Shown piece by piece: positions 28,364-37,364 of a stretch of 64,000 nucleotides of DNA; the first letter of the stretch is position 1, and every line of letters starts with the position of its first letter. The position numbers and the translations under genes were made by a program. The DNA is taken from positions 1,308,241-1,372,240 of the forward strand of contig NZ_CP110854.1 of the NCBI RefSeq assembly GCF_027594745.1, given 5' to 3'. The notes under the pieces were generated by a model. That model saw nothing but the letters and a program-made list of their open reading frames with translations. It was not told where the DNA came from and made no database searches. Origin of the DNA: Saprospira grandis. Lineage in GTDB: Bacteria; Bacteroidota; Bacteroidia; Chitinophagales; Saprospiraceae.

Positions 28364-28428
28364 ATTGCTTAGTTATTTTTTTACAGGGCGAAGATAAGGA
28401 TTATTAGCGCTCAAAATTGTGATTTTCT

Positions 28429-28842
28429 ATGTCTATTCAACATCATTCTATTGCTCTTCGGGCCAAAAGCCGAGGCTTCCACCTCATTACCACAGAGGTT
28501 TTGCAACAATTGCCTGCCCTGCCCCAAAACGGACTGCTACAGCTTTTTATTCAACATACTTCGGCTGGCCTGACCATTAACGAGAATGCCGATCCCGATG
28601 TTCGTATGGATTTTGAAACGATTTTTAATCGCCTGGTCCCCGAAAACCAAAAGGGCCTTTTGCATACCCTAGAAGGCCCCGACGATATGCCCGCCCACAT
28701 TAAAACCGCTTTTACGGGCACAAGTTTAAGTATTCCCATTATTTAAGGCCAACTCGCCCTAGGTACTTGGCAGGGCCTCTATCTTTGCGAGTTCAGAAAC
28801 CAAGGCGGCCGCCGAAAACTAGTCGCTACGATTATAGATTAG
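28429..28842 (+). pseudogene. yjbQ: yjbQ-family (UPF0047, secondary thiamine-phosphate synthase-like) gene interrupted by a single in-frame TAA at 28744-28746
   Basis: The 105-aa ORF ends ...TGTSLSIPII*. The same frame continues GQLALGTWQGLYLCEFRNQGGRRKLVATIID*, the invariant YjbQ C-terminus (GTWQGIYLxExR...R.V.VT). The stop replaces the residue of the conserved (E/D)NG motif. Confidence 0.7.
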
Positions 28843-28929
28843 GATTTGGGAAATCTGTTTATTATCTCTGTAGGTTAGAACCTCATAAAGCTAATCCTTT
28901 GAATACACAGTATACTGAATAGTTGGGGA

Positions 28930-29072
28930 TTTTGGGGCCTCCTGCCTGCGGCAGGCGCTACGTTCCGCAGCTCGCTATTCGCTCGGCCCTGCGGCAGCAA
29001 AGCTGCCTGGGTCTGGCCCTTCGGGCCACTGCTGCACATCGCTAGGCCAGGCTGGCCTTCGGCCAGCCTTCT
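28930..29072 (+). repeat. Intergenic repeat module A, forward
   Basis: TTTTGGGGCCTCCTGCCTGCGGCAGGCGCTACGTTCCGCAGCTCGCTATTCGCTCGGCCCTGCGGCAGCAAAGCTGCC...GGCCCTTCGGGCCACTGCTGCACATCGCTAGGCCAGGCTGGCCTTCGGCCAGCC. Confidence 0.85.
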
Positions 29073-29198
29073 AGATCCAAACAGATTTGGCCCTTTCTAC
29101 AGACTTTTGTAATTTTTTAGGCCCTTAGGGCTAACCATCAGCCCCTTTGGGGTATTACTCATTGAGCCCACAAGCTTACCCCCAGAAACCTCTTTTTT

Positions 29199-29771
29199 AT
29201 GGATATTTCAATTGCGGCCCTTCGGGCTGGAGACCAAAGGGCCTATAAAGCCCTCTATGAACAGGCCTATTGGTATTGTGCTAGTTATTTGCTCCAACAG
29301 GGCGCCCAAGAAGCCGATGCCAAAGCTACTTTTAATCGTGCCCTAGAGATTTTTTGGACCAAAATGCAAACGCCCGATTTCGAGCTCAGTTGCCAACCCA
29401 AAACCTATCTCTATGCCGTTTGTCGAAACCTCTGGCTCAAACAGCTCCGCAAACAAAAGAAAAAACCCATCCTCCAAGATGAGGAACGCCTGCTGCAAGA
29501 GCCCCTCCCCCATTTGGTCCAAGAAGAGGTCTACTTTTTAGAAGAAGAAGAGGCCGACCCCCTACTCATGACCGCCATGAAAGCCCTAAGCAGCATGAAG
29601 AATACCGATTGCCAAAAAGTGCTGGAGCTCTACTATTTTGAGAAGAAGTCGCATCGAGAAATTGAGCAAATTATGGGCTTTGCCGATAATTACTCTAAGG
29701 TGAAGAAAAATAGCTGTATCAAACAGCTCAAAAAACAATTGCTGCGCCTGCTGGGCCAGCCCAAAGCCTAA
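29199..29771 (+). CDS. RNA polymerase sigma factor, ECF (sigma-70 region 2/4) family
   Basis: Region-2-like YxxAYxY...LxxxxxQE (FNRALEIFW), region-4 helix-turn-helix (LELYYFEKKSHREIEQIMGFADNYSKVKK); about 190 aa. Confidence 0.75.
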   Translation: MDISIAALRAGDQRAYKALYEQAYWYCASYLLQQGAQEADAKATFNRALEIFWTKMQTPDFELSCQPKTYLYAVCRNLWLKQLRKQKKKPILQDEERLLQEPLPHLVQEEVYFLEEEEADPLLMTAMKALSSMKNTDCQKVLELYYFEKKSHREIEQIMGFADNYSKVKKNSCIKQLKKQLLRLLGQPKA

Positions 29772-29775
29772 ATTT

Positions 29776-30666
29776 ATGGATTTTCATAGCCCCGAATGGC
29801 TGGATGCTTTCCAGCAAAACCAACTCTCTGCCGAAGAGCGAGCCGCTACCCTTGCCTTGGCCCAAAAAGATGCCGCCTATGCCGCCGAGCTGCAGGCCCA
29901 TGGCATCGCTATCCAAGCTATTCAGGCTTTTGGCCGCCAAACTGCCGTAGAAAAAATGGCCCAAGAACTTGAGGAGAAAGGCCTTTTTGAGCGACCTATC
30001 GAACAAGCCCTACAGACTCAAGCCGCCCAAAAACAAATTGGCCAAATTGCCCAAGAATTAGAAGCAGAAGGCTTTTTTGCCCAAGAGGAAGAAAAGGAAG
30101 AAGAGATTAAGGTGCGCCCCCTCCCCCGCTGGCGCCCAATTATGGGTATTGCCGCTAGCCTCATTCTATTGGTGAGTCTGGGCTATTGGTGGCAGAAGTC
30201 GCAAAGCCTGCCCGGCTGGTCTCAAGAATACACTATTGCTAGCGCAGAGTCTACCCAAAAAGAATTACAACTGCTTTTAGGCGCCCAAGGCTTTGGCCAA
30301 AATGAAGAAGCCCTCAGACAGTTGCAGCTTGGCCTCGATGCCTATGAAAAAAAGGATTGGACCAAAGCCAAAACAGAGTTGCTGGCCTACCAAAAGGCCA
30401 ATTCTATCTTTGCCCAAGAAGAAACCCAGTTTTATCTGGGCCATATCGCTTTTGAGCAAGGAGAACTAGACAGCGCAAAGTCCTACTGGCAAGAGCTGGC
30501 CCAATTGCCTAGCCTGCCCCCCCATATTTCCGAAAAACTCAGTTGGTATCAGGCCCTCTTGGCCCTACGCGAAAACCAAAAAGAACTGGCCAAAAGCTAC
30601 CTGAAAAAGGTGCCCCAAGGCCCCTATCAAGAAAAAGCCAAAGAGCTGTTGCAAACGCTAGAGTAA
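29776..30666 (+). CDS. Putative anti-sigma factor (single TM, C-terminal TPR-like periplasmic domain), translationally coupled to the ECF sigma gene
   Basis: Starts 5 nt after the sigma gene stop; central TM helix IMGIAASLILLVSLGYWW; C-terminal TPR-like repeats. Confidence 0.55.
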   Translation: MDFHSPEWLDAFQQNQLSAEERAATLALAQKDAAYAAELQAHGIAIQAIQAFGRQTAVEKMAQELEEKGLFERPIEQALQTQAAQKQIGQIAQELEAEGFFAQEEEKEEEIKVRPLPRWRPIMGIAASLILLVSLGYWWQKSQSLPGWSQEYTIASAESTQKELQLLLGAQGFGQNEEALRQLQLGLDAYEKKDWTKAKTELLAYQKANSIFAQEETQFYLGHIAFEQGELDSAKSYWQELAQLPSLPPHISEKLSWYQALLALRENQKELAKSYLKKVPQGPYQEKAKELLQTLE

Positions 30667-30700
30667 TACAAGGCCTTGCACCTTAGTAGAATATTAGACG

Positions 30701-30728
30701 ATCCCCTCCTCGGAGGGGATTTTTTTTG
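30701..30728 (+). terminator. Rho-independent terminator after the sigma/anti-sigma operon
   Basis: ATCCCCTCC-TCGG-AGGGGAT followed by TTTTTTT. Confidence 0.7.
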
Positions 30729-30791
30729 TCCCCTATTCGATAGAGATCAAATACCTCATCAAAGGCTTGATGCCCTAGTTGGTCCAAAACA

Positions 30792-30826
30792 AAAGGGGCT
30801 GCTCGATATCGAGCAGCCCCTTTGCG
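30792..30826 (-). terminator. Rho-independent terminator of the outer-membrane protein gene
   Basis: AAAGGGGCTGCTCGATATCGAGCAGCCCCTTT palindrome followed (minus strand) by TTTTGTTTTGG. Confidence 0.65.
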
Positions 30827-30843
30827 GCAGGTCCTAAGTCATC

Positions 30844-32526
30844 TTAGAACTTAGCGATTACACCAATTTTTCCATTGATGCCCAATTGCTGATAGAGGTA
30901 CCAACGTTGGTATTTATTATTGAGCAAATTATTGCCTTCTACAAAGAAAGCAAAGCGTTGTTGCTCTCCTTTTCCGAGCCAATAAGTAGCATTGAGGTTA
31001 AGATCAAACAAGCCGCCAAGGGTTTCGCTTTCGGTAGCCAAAGCGGGAAGATAAGGCACGCCCGCATTGACAAAGAGATCGGCCCCAACTTCTAGATTAC
31101 CTTTTTTGTAGGTCAGGCCAAAGCTAGACTCCAAAACAGGCAGATGATAAGCTACTTCAGCTGTTCCGCCGCTATAATTATTGAAGGCCAAAGCGCCCTT
31201 AAAGTAGAGTTCCTCCATAATTTGAAGCTCCACATCTGCGGCCACAGTTAGGCGGCTGAGCGTATCATAGGCCAGACCAAATTTCAGATAATTACTTTCT
31301 GCGGTATTATAGAAAAGGGGTTGTTGGCTCAAATTGGCATAAGAGACATTAAAGTCGTAGCCTAGGCGCTTAATCTTCCCTTTGAGGCCCCCATAAAAGC
31401 GGCTTTCTTGGGTATGTTCCCAATGCAGGCGCTCTGTATCCAAGAAAGGATTATAAGTAGAAAGCTGCATAAGCGTATTTTCACGGATACTGCCCGACCA
31501 ACCTGCATAGGGAATAAATTGGCCCCCTAAAACGGCATAGCTAAGCTCGATATCGGGCAAAACGAAGAACTGTCCGGCATTGCTTCCTAAGCGGGCGCCC
31601 AAACGGCTCTTAAAGTTGCCAAAATTGAGGTCGGCTCCAGCATGCAATTGGGCCAGGCTGCGGCTTTGGCTGCTATCGGTGGTGGTATAGCGGCTATACA
31701 GCAGCTCGGCATTGGCAAAGAGGCGATGTTGGGGGCTGCGGCTATTGCCCAACCATTTTTCAAAAACAAGGCGGGGACGGATATTGAGCTCGCCAACGCC
31801 ATGATAAGAAGTAGTATTATAGAGGTCCAGATCGGCTCTATAGTTCATCTCTTGTTTATTGCTTTTGGCATTGAAGAGATGAATATTGGCCCCTACCGTA
31901 AGGTAGCGCTGTTTGAGGCTATCTTCGGCTAGGCCAGAGCTATCTTGAGCGAAGGGATAAAGGCTATCGCCTAGATTTTCGAGCAGTTGGTGGTAGCCAT
32001 AATAGCGATAATTATTGAGGTCCATATTTAGGGCGCCGCCAACAGCAAGGCCATTAGACAGAAAATAATCGCCCTGTAGATTTAGCGAAGTTTCGCCAAA
32101 AACTTGGTCCTCTAAGTTACCTTGGCTGCTATGGTGTTTGGCTGTAGCCCCAAAGCGAAGTTTATCGCTATTGCTATTGTGGTAAGAGAGTTCTAGCAAG
32201 GGGGAAAGTGGGAAACCAATGCCTGCCTTTGTATAAAAGTTGAGACTTTTGGGGGGCTTAGGCACGGGCATAGCCAGTGGGCGGATATTGGGTTCTGGAT
32301 AATTAACCGAGACGATCCGTTCGGGGACCAAATAAGTCAATTTTTGGCCAGCGGTAGTATCCAAATTGGGTAAAAGAGGCTGAGCCTCCTGCTTTTTACT
32401 TTCGGCCAATTGGGCCTTAAAGGGTTTGACTAGCTCGGTCCCTACATCATTGATTTGGGCCTTTAGGCTGGGGGCAAACAGCCCAACAGCCAAAGCTAAA
32501 CAAAGAGATTTACTATATTTTATCAT
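30844..32526 (-). CDS. Putative outer-membrane beta-barrel protein
   Basis: Signal peptide MIKYSKSLCLALAVGLFAPSLKAQ, alternating amphipathic beta-strand pattern, C-terminal ...GKIGVIAKF ending in Phe. The track ORF extends to 32739 through a repeat; ATG at 32526 is chosen. Confidence 0.5.
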   Translation of the reverse strand: MIKYSKSLCLALAVGLFAPSLKAQINDVGTELVKPFKAQLAESKKQEAQPLLPNLDTTAGQKLTYLVPERIVSVNYPEPNIRPLAMPVPKPPKSLNFYTKAGIGFPLSPLLELSYHNSNSDKLRFGATAKHHSSQGNLEDQVFGETSLNLQGDYFLSNGLAVGGALNMDLNNYRYYGYHQLLENLGDSLYPFAQDSSGLAEDSLKQRYLTVGANIHLFNAKSNKQEMNYRADLDLYNTTSYHGVGELNIRPRLVFEKWLGNSRSPQHRLFANAELLYSRYTTTDSSQSRSLAQLHAGADLNFGNFKSRLGARLGSNAGQFFVLPDIELSYAVLGGQFIPYAGWSGSIRENTLMQLSTYNPFLDTERLHWEHTQESRFYGGLKGKIKRLGYDFNVSYANLSQQPLFYNTAESNYLKFGLAYDTLSRLTVAADVELQIMEELYFKGALAFNNYSGGTAEVAYHLPVLESSFGLTYKKGNLEVGADLFVNAGVPYLPALATESETLGGLFDLNLNATYWLGKGEQQRFAFFVEGNNLLNNKYQRWYLYQQLGINGKIGVIAKF

Positions 32527-32555
32527 TTGATTTTTCTTTAGACGATCTATTTTGG

Positions 32556-32726
32556 AGAGGACAGGCGGCGAAGCCGCCGCAAAGGAGCGCAGCGACGCGG
32601 CTGAGGGATGGATAGCAGTGGCCCGCAGGGCCAGACCGAAGCGCTTTAGCGCTGAAGGGCCGAGCAGACCTGCGAGCTGCGGCACAGCCCGACCCGCCCG
32701 CAGGGCGGGGCAGCCCCAAAAAAAGA
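32556..32726 (-). repeat. Intergenic repeat module A, reverse, lying between the TPR gene stop and the OMP gene start
   Basis: GGCGGCGAAGCCGCCGCAAAGGAGCGCAGCGACGCGGCTGAGGGATGGATAGCAGTGGCC...GGCCGAGCAGACCTGCGAGCTGCG...GGGCAGCCCCAAAAAAAG. Confidence 0.85.
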
Positions 32727-32731
32727 AAGAT

Positions 32732-35700
32732 TTAATCAATCATTTCTAGTTCGCCATTGCCATCATTTCGGCGCAGGCGGCTATTAGAAGAAATGGCTTG
32801 CTTGACTTGGGCCAATTTATCTTGGGCCTCCTTCACAATTTCGGCTTCTCCGCTGAAGTTGCCCAAAAGGCTTTCTAGGGTACCTTTGGCTGCATCTAGT
32901 TTGCCTTGTTCAGCATAGATATCGGCGATGAGGATAAAGTTGCGCGCCAACCAATTGAGGTGTTGGCCCAGCAGCTTATTGTTTTGGAAAGCCAGCTCTA
33001 GAGCGCCATCCAAATCGCGTTGGATATAAGTAATTTTGGCAATTTGGTAATGGGCTTCAGAGGCGTTAATATCGTCATCGACCAGCTTGAGGCTCTCCTT
33101 ATAAGACTGCATCGCCTTGGCATTATCGCCAGCGGCTTGTTGGGCCTTAGCCAGATAAAAATGGGCCTCGGCCTTATTGGCAGCGCTAGCATTGGGTTCT
33201 TTGAGAAAGTTGGTGGCCAGTCCCTTTAGCGCCTGATAATTTTGGCTATAATAGGCTGAGCGCATACCGAATAGGCGAGCTTCCGAGCGGTTTTCGGGGC
33301 TAGAAGCAAACTGTTCTAGGCCTTGAAAATAAGTGAGGGCCTTGGCATAATCCTCCGTAATATGGTAACAAATTCGGCCTGCCAAAAGGTTGGCTTCCTC
33401 TGCCATAGCGGGGGGCGCTTTGGGGTCCTTGGCCTCGGCCACATAAGCAAAATCGCCTAGGGCCTTGGGATACTCCTTGAGATTATAGTAGGCAATTCCT
33501 CGGTTGAGGTGGGCCGACATACTATTGAGGCCTTTTGGAAAGCGATCGAGATATTTGCTGTAATTATCGGCAGCGGCGGGCCAGTTTTCCTGATCGAAAG
33601 AAGAGGCGGCTGATTCATAAAGGAGCGAATCTGCGGCCATATCGGAGAAATTATAGCCCTGCAAAGTAGAGGCATAAGCCATAAAGCCGTCGGGATCGCC
33701 TTGATCGATATAGATTTTTCGGATAAAGTTGAGGGCCGCTTTGGCTTCCTCTGTTTGGACATTATTGCTCACCACCGTCTTAAAATAATCGAGGGCTTCG
33801 CGGTTCATATCGCGGCTATAAGAGAGCACGCCCAACTTATAGAGGGCTTTGGCGGTATACTCGCTATCGGGATACTTCACGATCAATTGGTCAAAACTTC
33901 CTTTGGCCTGATCGAATTCATTTTGGTTAATCTGCGTGCTCCCCATGGCATAAAGCGCATCATCTGCATAGATAGAACTGGGATGTTGGCCCACCAAATC
34001 GGCTAGGGTGCGCAGCTGCTTTTGGGCTTGATTGGTCAAGCTATAGATCAGGCTCAGCTGATACATGGCATAATCCTCATTGGGAAAATTATTGGCCACA
34101 ATGCGTTCATAATAGCCAGCAGCAGCAGTATAATTATTCGTTCCGCCCAAATAGAGGTAGCAGTCGCCAGCCCGGCCGAGGGCATCGGGATAGACAAAAT
34201 TGGAGACATGTCGATCATTGATTTTGCTCAGGCGGGGCTCAATATACTTGACCGCCTTCACGAACTCGCCCACGGCATTATCATAGCTATTTTTGCGAAG
34301 ATAATTGTAGCCTAGGCCATAATGGGCCGTTCCTTTAGAGGAATTGGCGGGTAATTGGGGAGCGGCAGCCGCTACGGTCGTAAAGCGGTTATACTCATCA
34401 ATACTTTTATCAAATTGGTCCAATTGGAAAAGCGCCTCGGCTTTCCAGAAATGGGCCAGGGCCGTGGTTTCGGTATGCACGGCAGAGCCCAGAGACTCAT
34501 TAAAGCGCTCTACGGCCTTGGTAAAATTGCTGGCCTTATAATGCTGCACGCCACGGAAATAAGCCACCTTTTGGAAAGCCTCTTTGAGAGAGGGCTCACT
34601 GCGGTCGATAGTTCTTAGGATGCTCAGGGCTTTTTCATAATCGCGAGTATTGAGGAAGAGCTGGCTCATCAAGTTTTGCGACTCGTTGCTGTATTTTGTA
34701 TTGAGTAGCTCCATAAAAGCCGAAATAGCGTCATTGTCTAGGCCCAACTCATAAGACAATTTGGCATAATTCATTTTAGCGTCAATCTGCAGTTCTTTGT
34801 CCTGCTTCATTTCTGCGGCCTGCTTAAACGAAAGGCGGGCCTCCTCTTTACGGCCTAATTTGAGTTGGCAATCGGCTAGATTGTAGCGGGCATTTTGGCC
34901 CAACTTATTATCTAATCGAGCAATTTGCTCAAAGTTACCGGCGGCATCCTCATATTTTCCAGCTCGATATTGGGTATAAGCCAATTGATAGAAGATATCT
35001 TCTGTCATTTTTGGCGTCTTGCTGGCGTATTCCTCCATATAAGGAAGCGCTTTTTTATAATTCTTCTTTTCGTAATAGGCTTGGCCCACCGCCTGTACAA
35101 TCGTCATACGTTCCCGCACCGTATTGCTTTTGGTGTAGGGTTCTCCGTAGGCAATTGTTTTATCATAATCCTTTTTCATGAAATGGATCTGCGTGATATA
35201 GGTAGGGACCACCTTTTCGTAGCGGCTCGACTTATTGGCAATTTCAAAGCTGGCCAAGGCGGCATCAAAGTCTTTGAGGAAGAAAGAGCAGAGGCCATAA
35301 TAGTAATTGGCGGAAAAAGTATACTCGCTTTTGGTCCCTTTGATTTGGGCAAAAACGGGTTGGGCTTTCTTAAAGTCCTTAGACACAAAATAGCAATAGG
35401 CCAACTGGAACTTGGCCTCAATCAGCTCCTCATTGCTCAGGTCATTGAGGTCTTTAAAATTGATGCTACTGAGGTATTTAATCGCCTTTTTATAATCTCT
35501 TTGGGCATAATAATAACGGCCCACCTCCAATTTGGCCTGAGCGGCCACCGACATAGGCTCATATTTCTTAATCAGGACCAAAAGTTTATTTTCGGCATCG
35601 GGCCGTTCCAAGCGCAGGGCGGCCAGAGCGGCATAAAGTTCTGCTTTGGGGCGGTAGGATTCGGGCAACTCCCAATCATCATAAAGGGCTTGATCGGGGG

Positions 35701-35881
35701 CGAGCAATTGGCCCAATTCATCTTCGGCCTTGCCATAAAGGGCTTGTTCATAAAATTCGATGGCGGCATGATATGCGGCCTGGGGGTCTTTATAGACGGC
35801 TGTTTGCTGCGCTTGTATGCCCTGCAAACTTGCAAGACTCAGCAGTCCGCCATAGACCAGTTTTTTCAGCTTTGGTTGCAT
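32732..35881 (-). CDS. Large secreted tetratricopeptide-repeat (TPR) protein, about 1049 aa
   Basis: Signal peptide LLSLASLQGIQAQQ; tens of 34-residue TPR-like helical repeats (AxxYxxxG/A patterns) throughout. Confidence 0.7.
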   Translation of the reverse strand: MQPKLKKLVYGGLLSLASLQGIQAQQTAVYKDPQAAYHAAIEFYEQALYGKAEDELGQLLAPDQALYDDWELPESYRPKAELYAALAALRLERPDAENKLLVLIKKYEPMSVAAQAKLEVGRYYYAQRDYKKAIKYLSSINFKDLNDLSNEELIEAKFQLAYCYFVSKDFKKAQPVFAQIKGTKSEYTFSANYYYGLCSFFLKDFDAALASFEIANKSSRYEKVVPTYITQIHFMKKDYDKTIAYGEPYTKSNTVRERMTIVQAVGQAYYEKKNYKKALPYMEEYASKTPKMTEDIFYQLAYTQYRAGKYEDAAGNFEQIARLDNKLGQNARYNLADCQLKLGRKEEARLSFKQAAEMKQDKELQIDAKMNYAKLSYELGLDNDAISAFMELLNTKYSNESQNLMSQLFLNTRDYEKALSILRTIDRSEPSLKEAFQKVAYFRGVQHYKASNFTKAVERFNESLGSAVHTETTALAHFWKAEALFQLDQFDKSIDEYNRFTTVAAAAPQLPANSSKGTAHYGLGYNYLRKNSYDNAVGEFVKAVKYIEPRLSKINDRHVSNFVYPDALGRAGDCYLYLGGTNNYTAAAGYYERIVANNFPNEDYAMYQLSLIYSLTNQAQKQLRTLADLVGQHPSSIYADDALYAMGSTQINQNEFDQAKGSFDQLIVKYPDSEYTAKALYKLGVLSYSRDMNREALDYFKTVVSNNVQTEEAKAALNFIRKIYIDQGDPDGFMAYASTLQGYNFSDMAADSLLYESAASSFDQENWPAAADNYSKYLDRFPKGLNSMSAHLNRGIAYYNLKEYPKALGDFAYVAEAKDPKAPPAMAEEANLLAGRICYHITEDYAKALTYFQGLEQFASSPENRSEARLFGMRSAYYSQNYQALKGLATNFLKEPNASAANKAEAHFYLAKAQQAAGDNAKAMQSYKESLKLVDDDINASEAHYQIAKITYIQRDLDGALELAFQNNKLLGQHLNWLARNFILIADIYAEQGKLDAAKGTLESLLGNFSGEAEIVKEAQDKLAQVKQAISSNSRLRRNDGNGELEMID

Positions 35882-35981
35882 GAAGTTCTATTTAATTTTA
35901 AAGGAGTCTTTCCTAGAGAATCATTCTAATAAGTTCTTAGCTCAAGATACAGTTTTTTAACTGTTTTATGATTTTGGGGCC

Positions 35982-36228
35982 TCCGCTGCGGCTTCGCCTT
36001 GCGGCGGTTACTCCCTTCGGTCGTCGAACTGCGGACTAAAGTCCTTGTTGTCGCAGCTCGCTGCTGTTTTTGTGGGGCCTCCGCCTCCCTTTGGTCGTCG
36101 GCGCTACGTTTCGCAGCTCGCTATTCGCTCGGCCCTGCGCCAGCAAGCCGGCTAGGTCTGGCCTGCGGCCACTGCTGCACATCGCTAGGCCAAGGCGGCT
36201 TTGCCGCCTTCTGCTCCAAGAAAGTAAT
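35982..36228 (+). repeat. Intergenic repeat, long/dimeric variant (module C + module A), forward
   Basis: TTTTGGGGCCTCCGCTGCGGCTTCGCC...GGTTACTCCCTTCGGTCGTCGAACTGCGGACTAAAGTCCTTGTTGTCGCAGCTCGC, then a second TTTTTGTGGGGCCTCCGCCTCCC...CTCGCTATTCGCTCGGCCCTGC...CATCGCTAGGCCAAGGCGGCTTTGCCGCC. Confidence 0.85.
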
Positions 36229-36268
36229 TTGTGGAGACTAGGCCCAAAAATAATGCCTTGAGCGCATA

Positions 36269-36312
36269 AAAAAAGCGGCCCGACGAATAATCGTCGGCCC
36301 GCTTTGATGAAT
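36269..36312 (-). terminator. Rho-independent terminator of tsaB
   Basis: GCGGCCCGACGAATAATCGTCGGCCCGC hairpin followed (minus strand) by TTTTTTT. Confidence 0.65.
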
Positions 36313-36382
36313 CTTTTTCATTAGCCCTAGCTATTAAAAGTTTTCTATGGCAGAGCTTTTTGGCAGTTCAGAGAAAGTCAGG

Positions 36383-37099
36383 CTATTTTTTGCTAAAAAA
36401 CTTATTATTTTTTGGCTTAGTCAGCTGTGGGGCCCTTAAATAGAAGGGTTCGGAGTAGGCGAGTTCGGCAAAGGCTTGTTTTTCGTAGGCATTTTGGGCC
36501 AATTGTTCAAAAAAGCGGGCGGAGGGCGCCTTGATGGGCAATAAATCTATTTCTATTTTATTTTGTGACATCAGTTCCTGGTAATTCATAGCCGCAGAGC
36601 CTAGTACATACAGTCTATGCTCTTGTTGATAAATAGTCAGGTCTAATTCTTTGAGTGACACAAAAAAGGGCGATTTAATAACTTCTAGTTGGCTATTATA
36701 GATAGCGGCATAGGCATTTCCTCTTCGGGCATCTTCTAGGCAGATCAGCAAGCTATTTTTGGGCAGGCTTTGGTTCCATTTTGCGCCATAGGCCAAGGCG
36801 GCTAGGGTATCGAGGGCCAAGAGGGGGCGTTGCCAGGCAAAGGCCAAGCCTTTGGCGGTAGAATAGGCAATGCGCAGGCCGGTATAAGAGCCGGGGCCTT
36901 TGCTCAGGGCAATGGCGGCCAGATCTGTTCCTTTGAGTTTGGCTCGCTGCAAGATTTTTTGGACAAAAAGCGTAAGTTCTGCGGCGGGGTCACCAGTATC
37001 AAGAGCACTTTCTTCTACTAGCCAGCAGTGGCCATTTTTAATCAGTGCCACCGAAGTTTTTCGGCTGCTACTTTCTAAAACGAGTATCAATTGGTCCAT
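36383..37099 (-). CDS. tsaB: tRNA threonylcarbamoyladenosine biosynthesis protein TsaB (YeaZ)
   Basis: N-terminal ILVLESSSRKTSVAL...GPGSYTGLRIAYSTAKGLA, typical inactive Kae1/YgjD paralog; about 238 aa from the ATG at 37099. Confidence 0.8.
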   Translation of the reverse strand: MDQLILVLESSSRKTSVALIKNGHCWLVEESALDTGDPAAELTLFVQKILQRAKLKGTDLAAIALSKGPGSYTGLRIAYSTAKGLAFAWQRPLLALDTLAALAYGAKWNQSLPKNSLLICLEDARRGNAYAAIYNSQLEVIKSPFFVSLKELDLTIYQQEHRLYVLGSAAMNYQELMSQNKIEIDLLPIKAPSARFFEQLAQNAYEKQAFAELAYSEPFYLRAPQLTKPKNNKFFSKK

Positions 37100-37149
37100 A
37101 ACAAATAAGTATTCTAGCGTGGTGGGCAAAAATAAGGGCTGGGTTGGGG

Positions 37150-37274
37150 CGCCAATGGCCTAGCGATGCGAAAGGGTGGCCGTCAGGCCAGACCGAGGCG
37201 CTTTGCGCCGAAGGGCCGAGCAGACCTGCGAGCCCTGTAGCGTAGCGCCTGCCGAAGGCAGGAGGCCCCAAAAA
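37150..37274 (-). repeat. Intergenic repeat module A, reverse
   Basis: GGCCTAGCGATGCGAAAGGGTGGCCGTCAGGCCAGACC...GGCCGAGCAGACCTGCGAGCCCTGTAGCGTAGCGCCTGCCGAAGGCAGGAGGCCCCAAAAA. Confidence 0.85.
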
Positions 37275-37300
37275 TAACAGCAGTAAGTTAAAAAACAAAA

Positions 37301-37336
37301 TAGCCCCTCAATTTGCATTGAGAGGCTAGGGGCTTT
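37301..37336 (-). terminator. Putative rho-independent terminator of rpsA
   Basis: AGCCCCTCAATTTGCATTGAGAGGCTAGGGGCT nested hairpin followed (minus strand) by ATTTTGTTTTTT. Confidence 0.45.
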
Positions 37337-37364
37337 ATTATGAATCGGAATGAGGAGTTAGATC

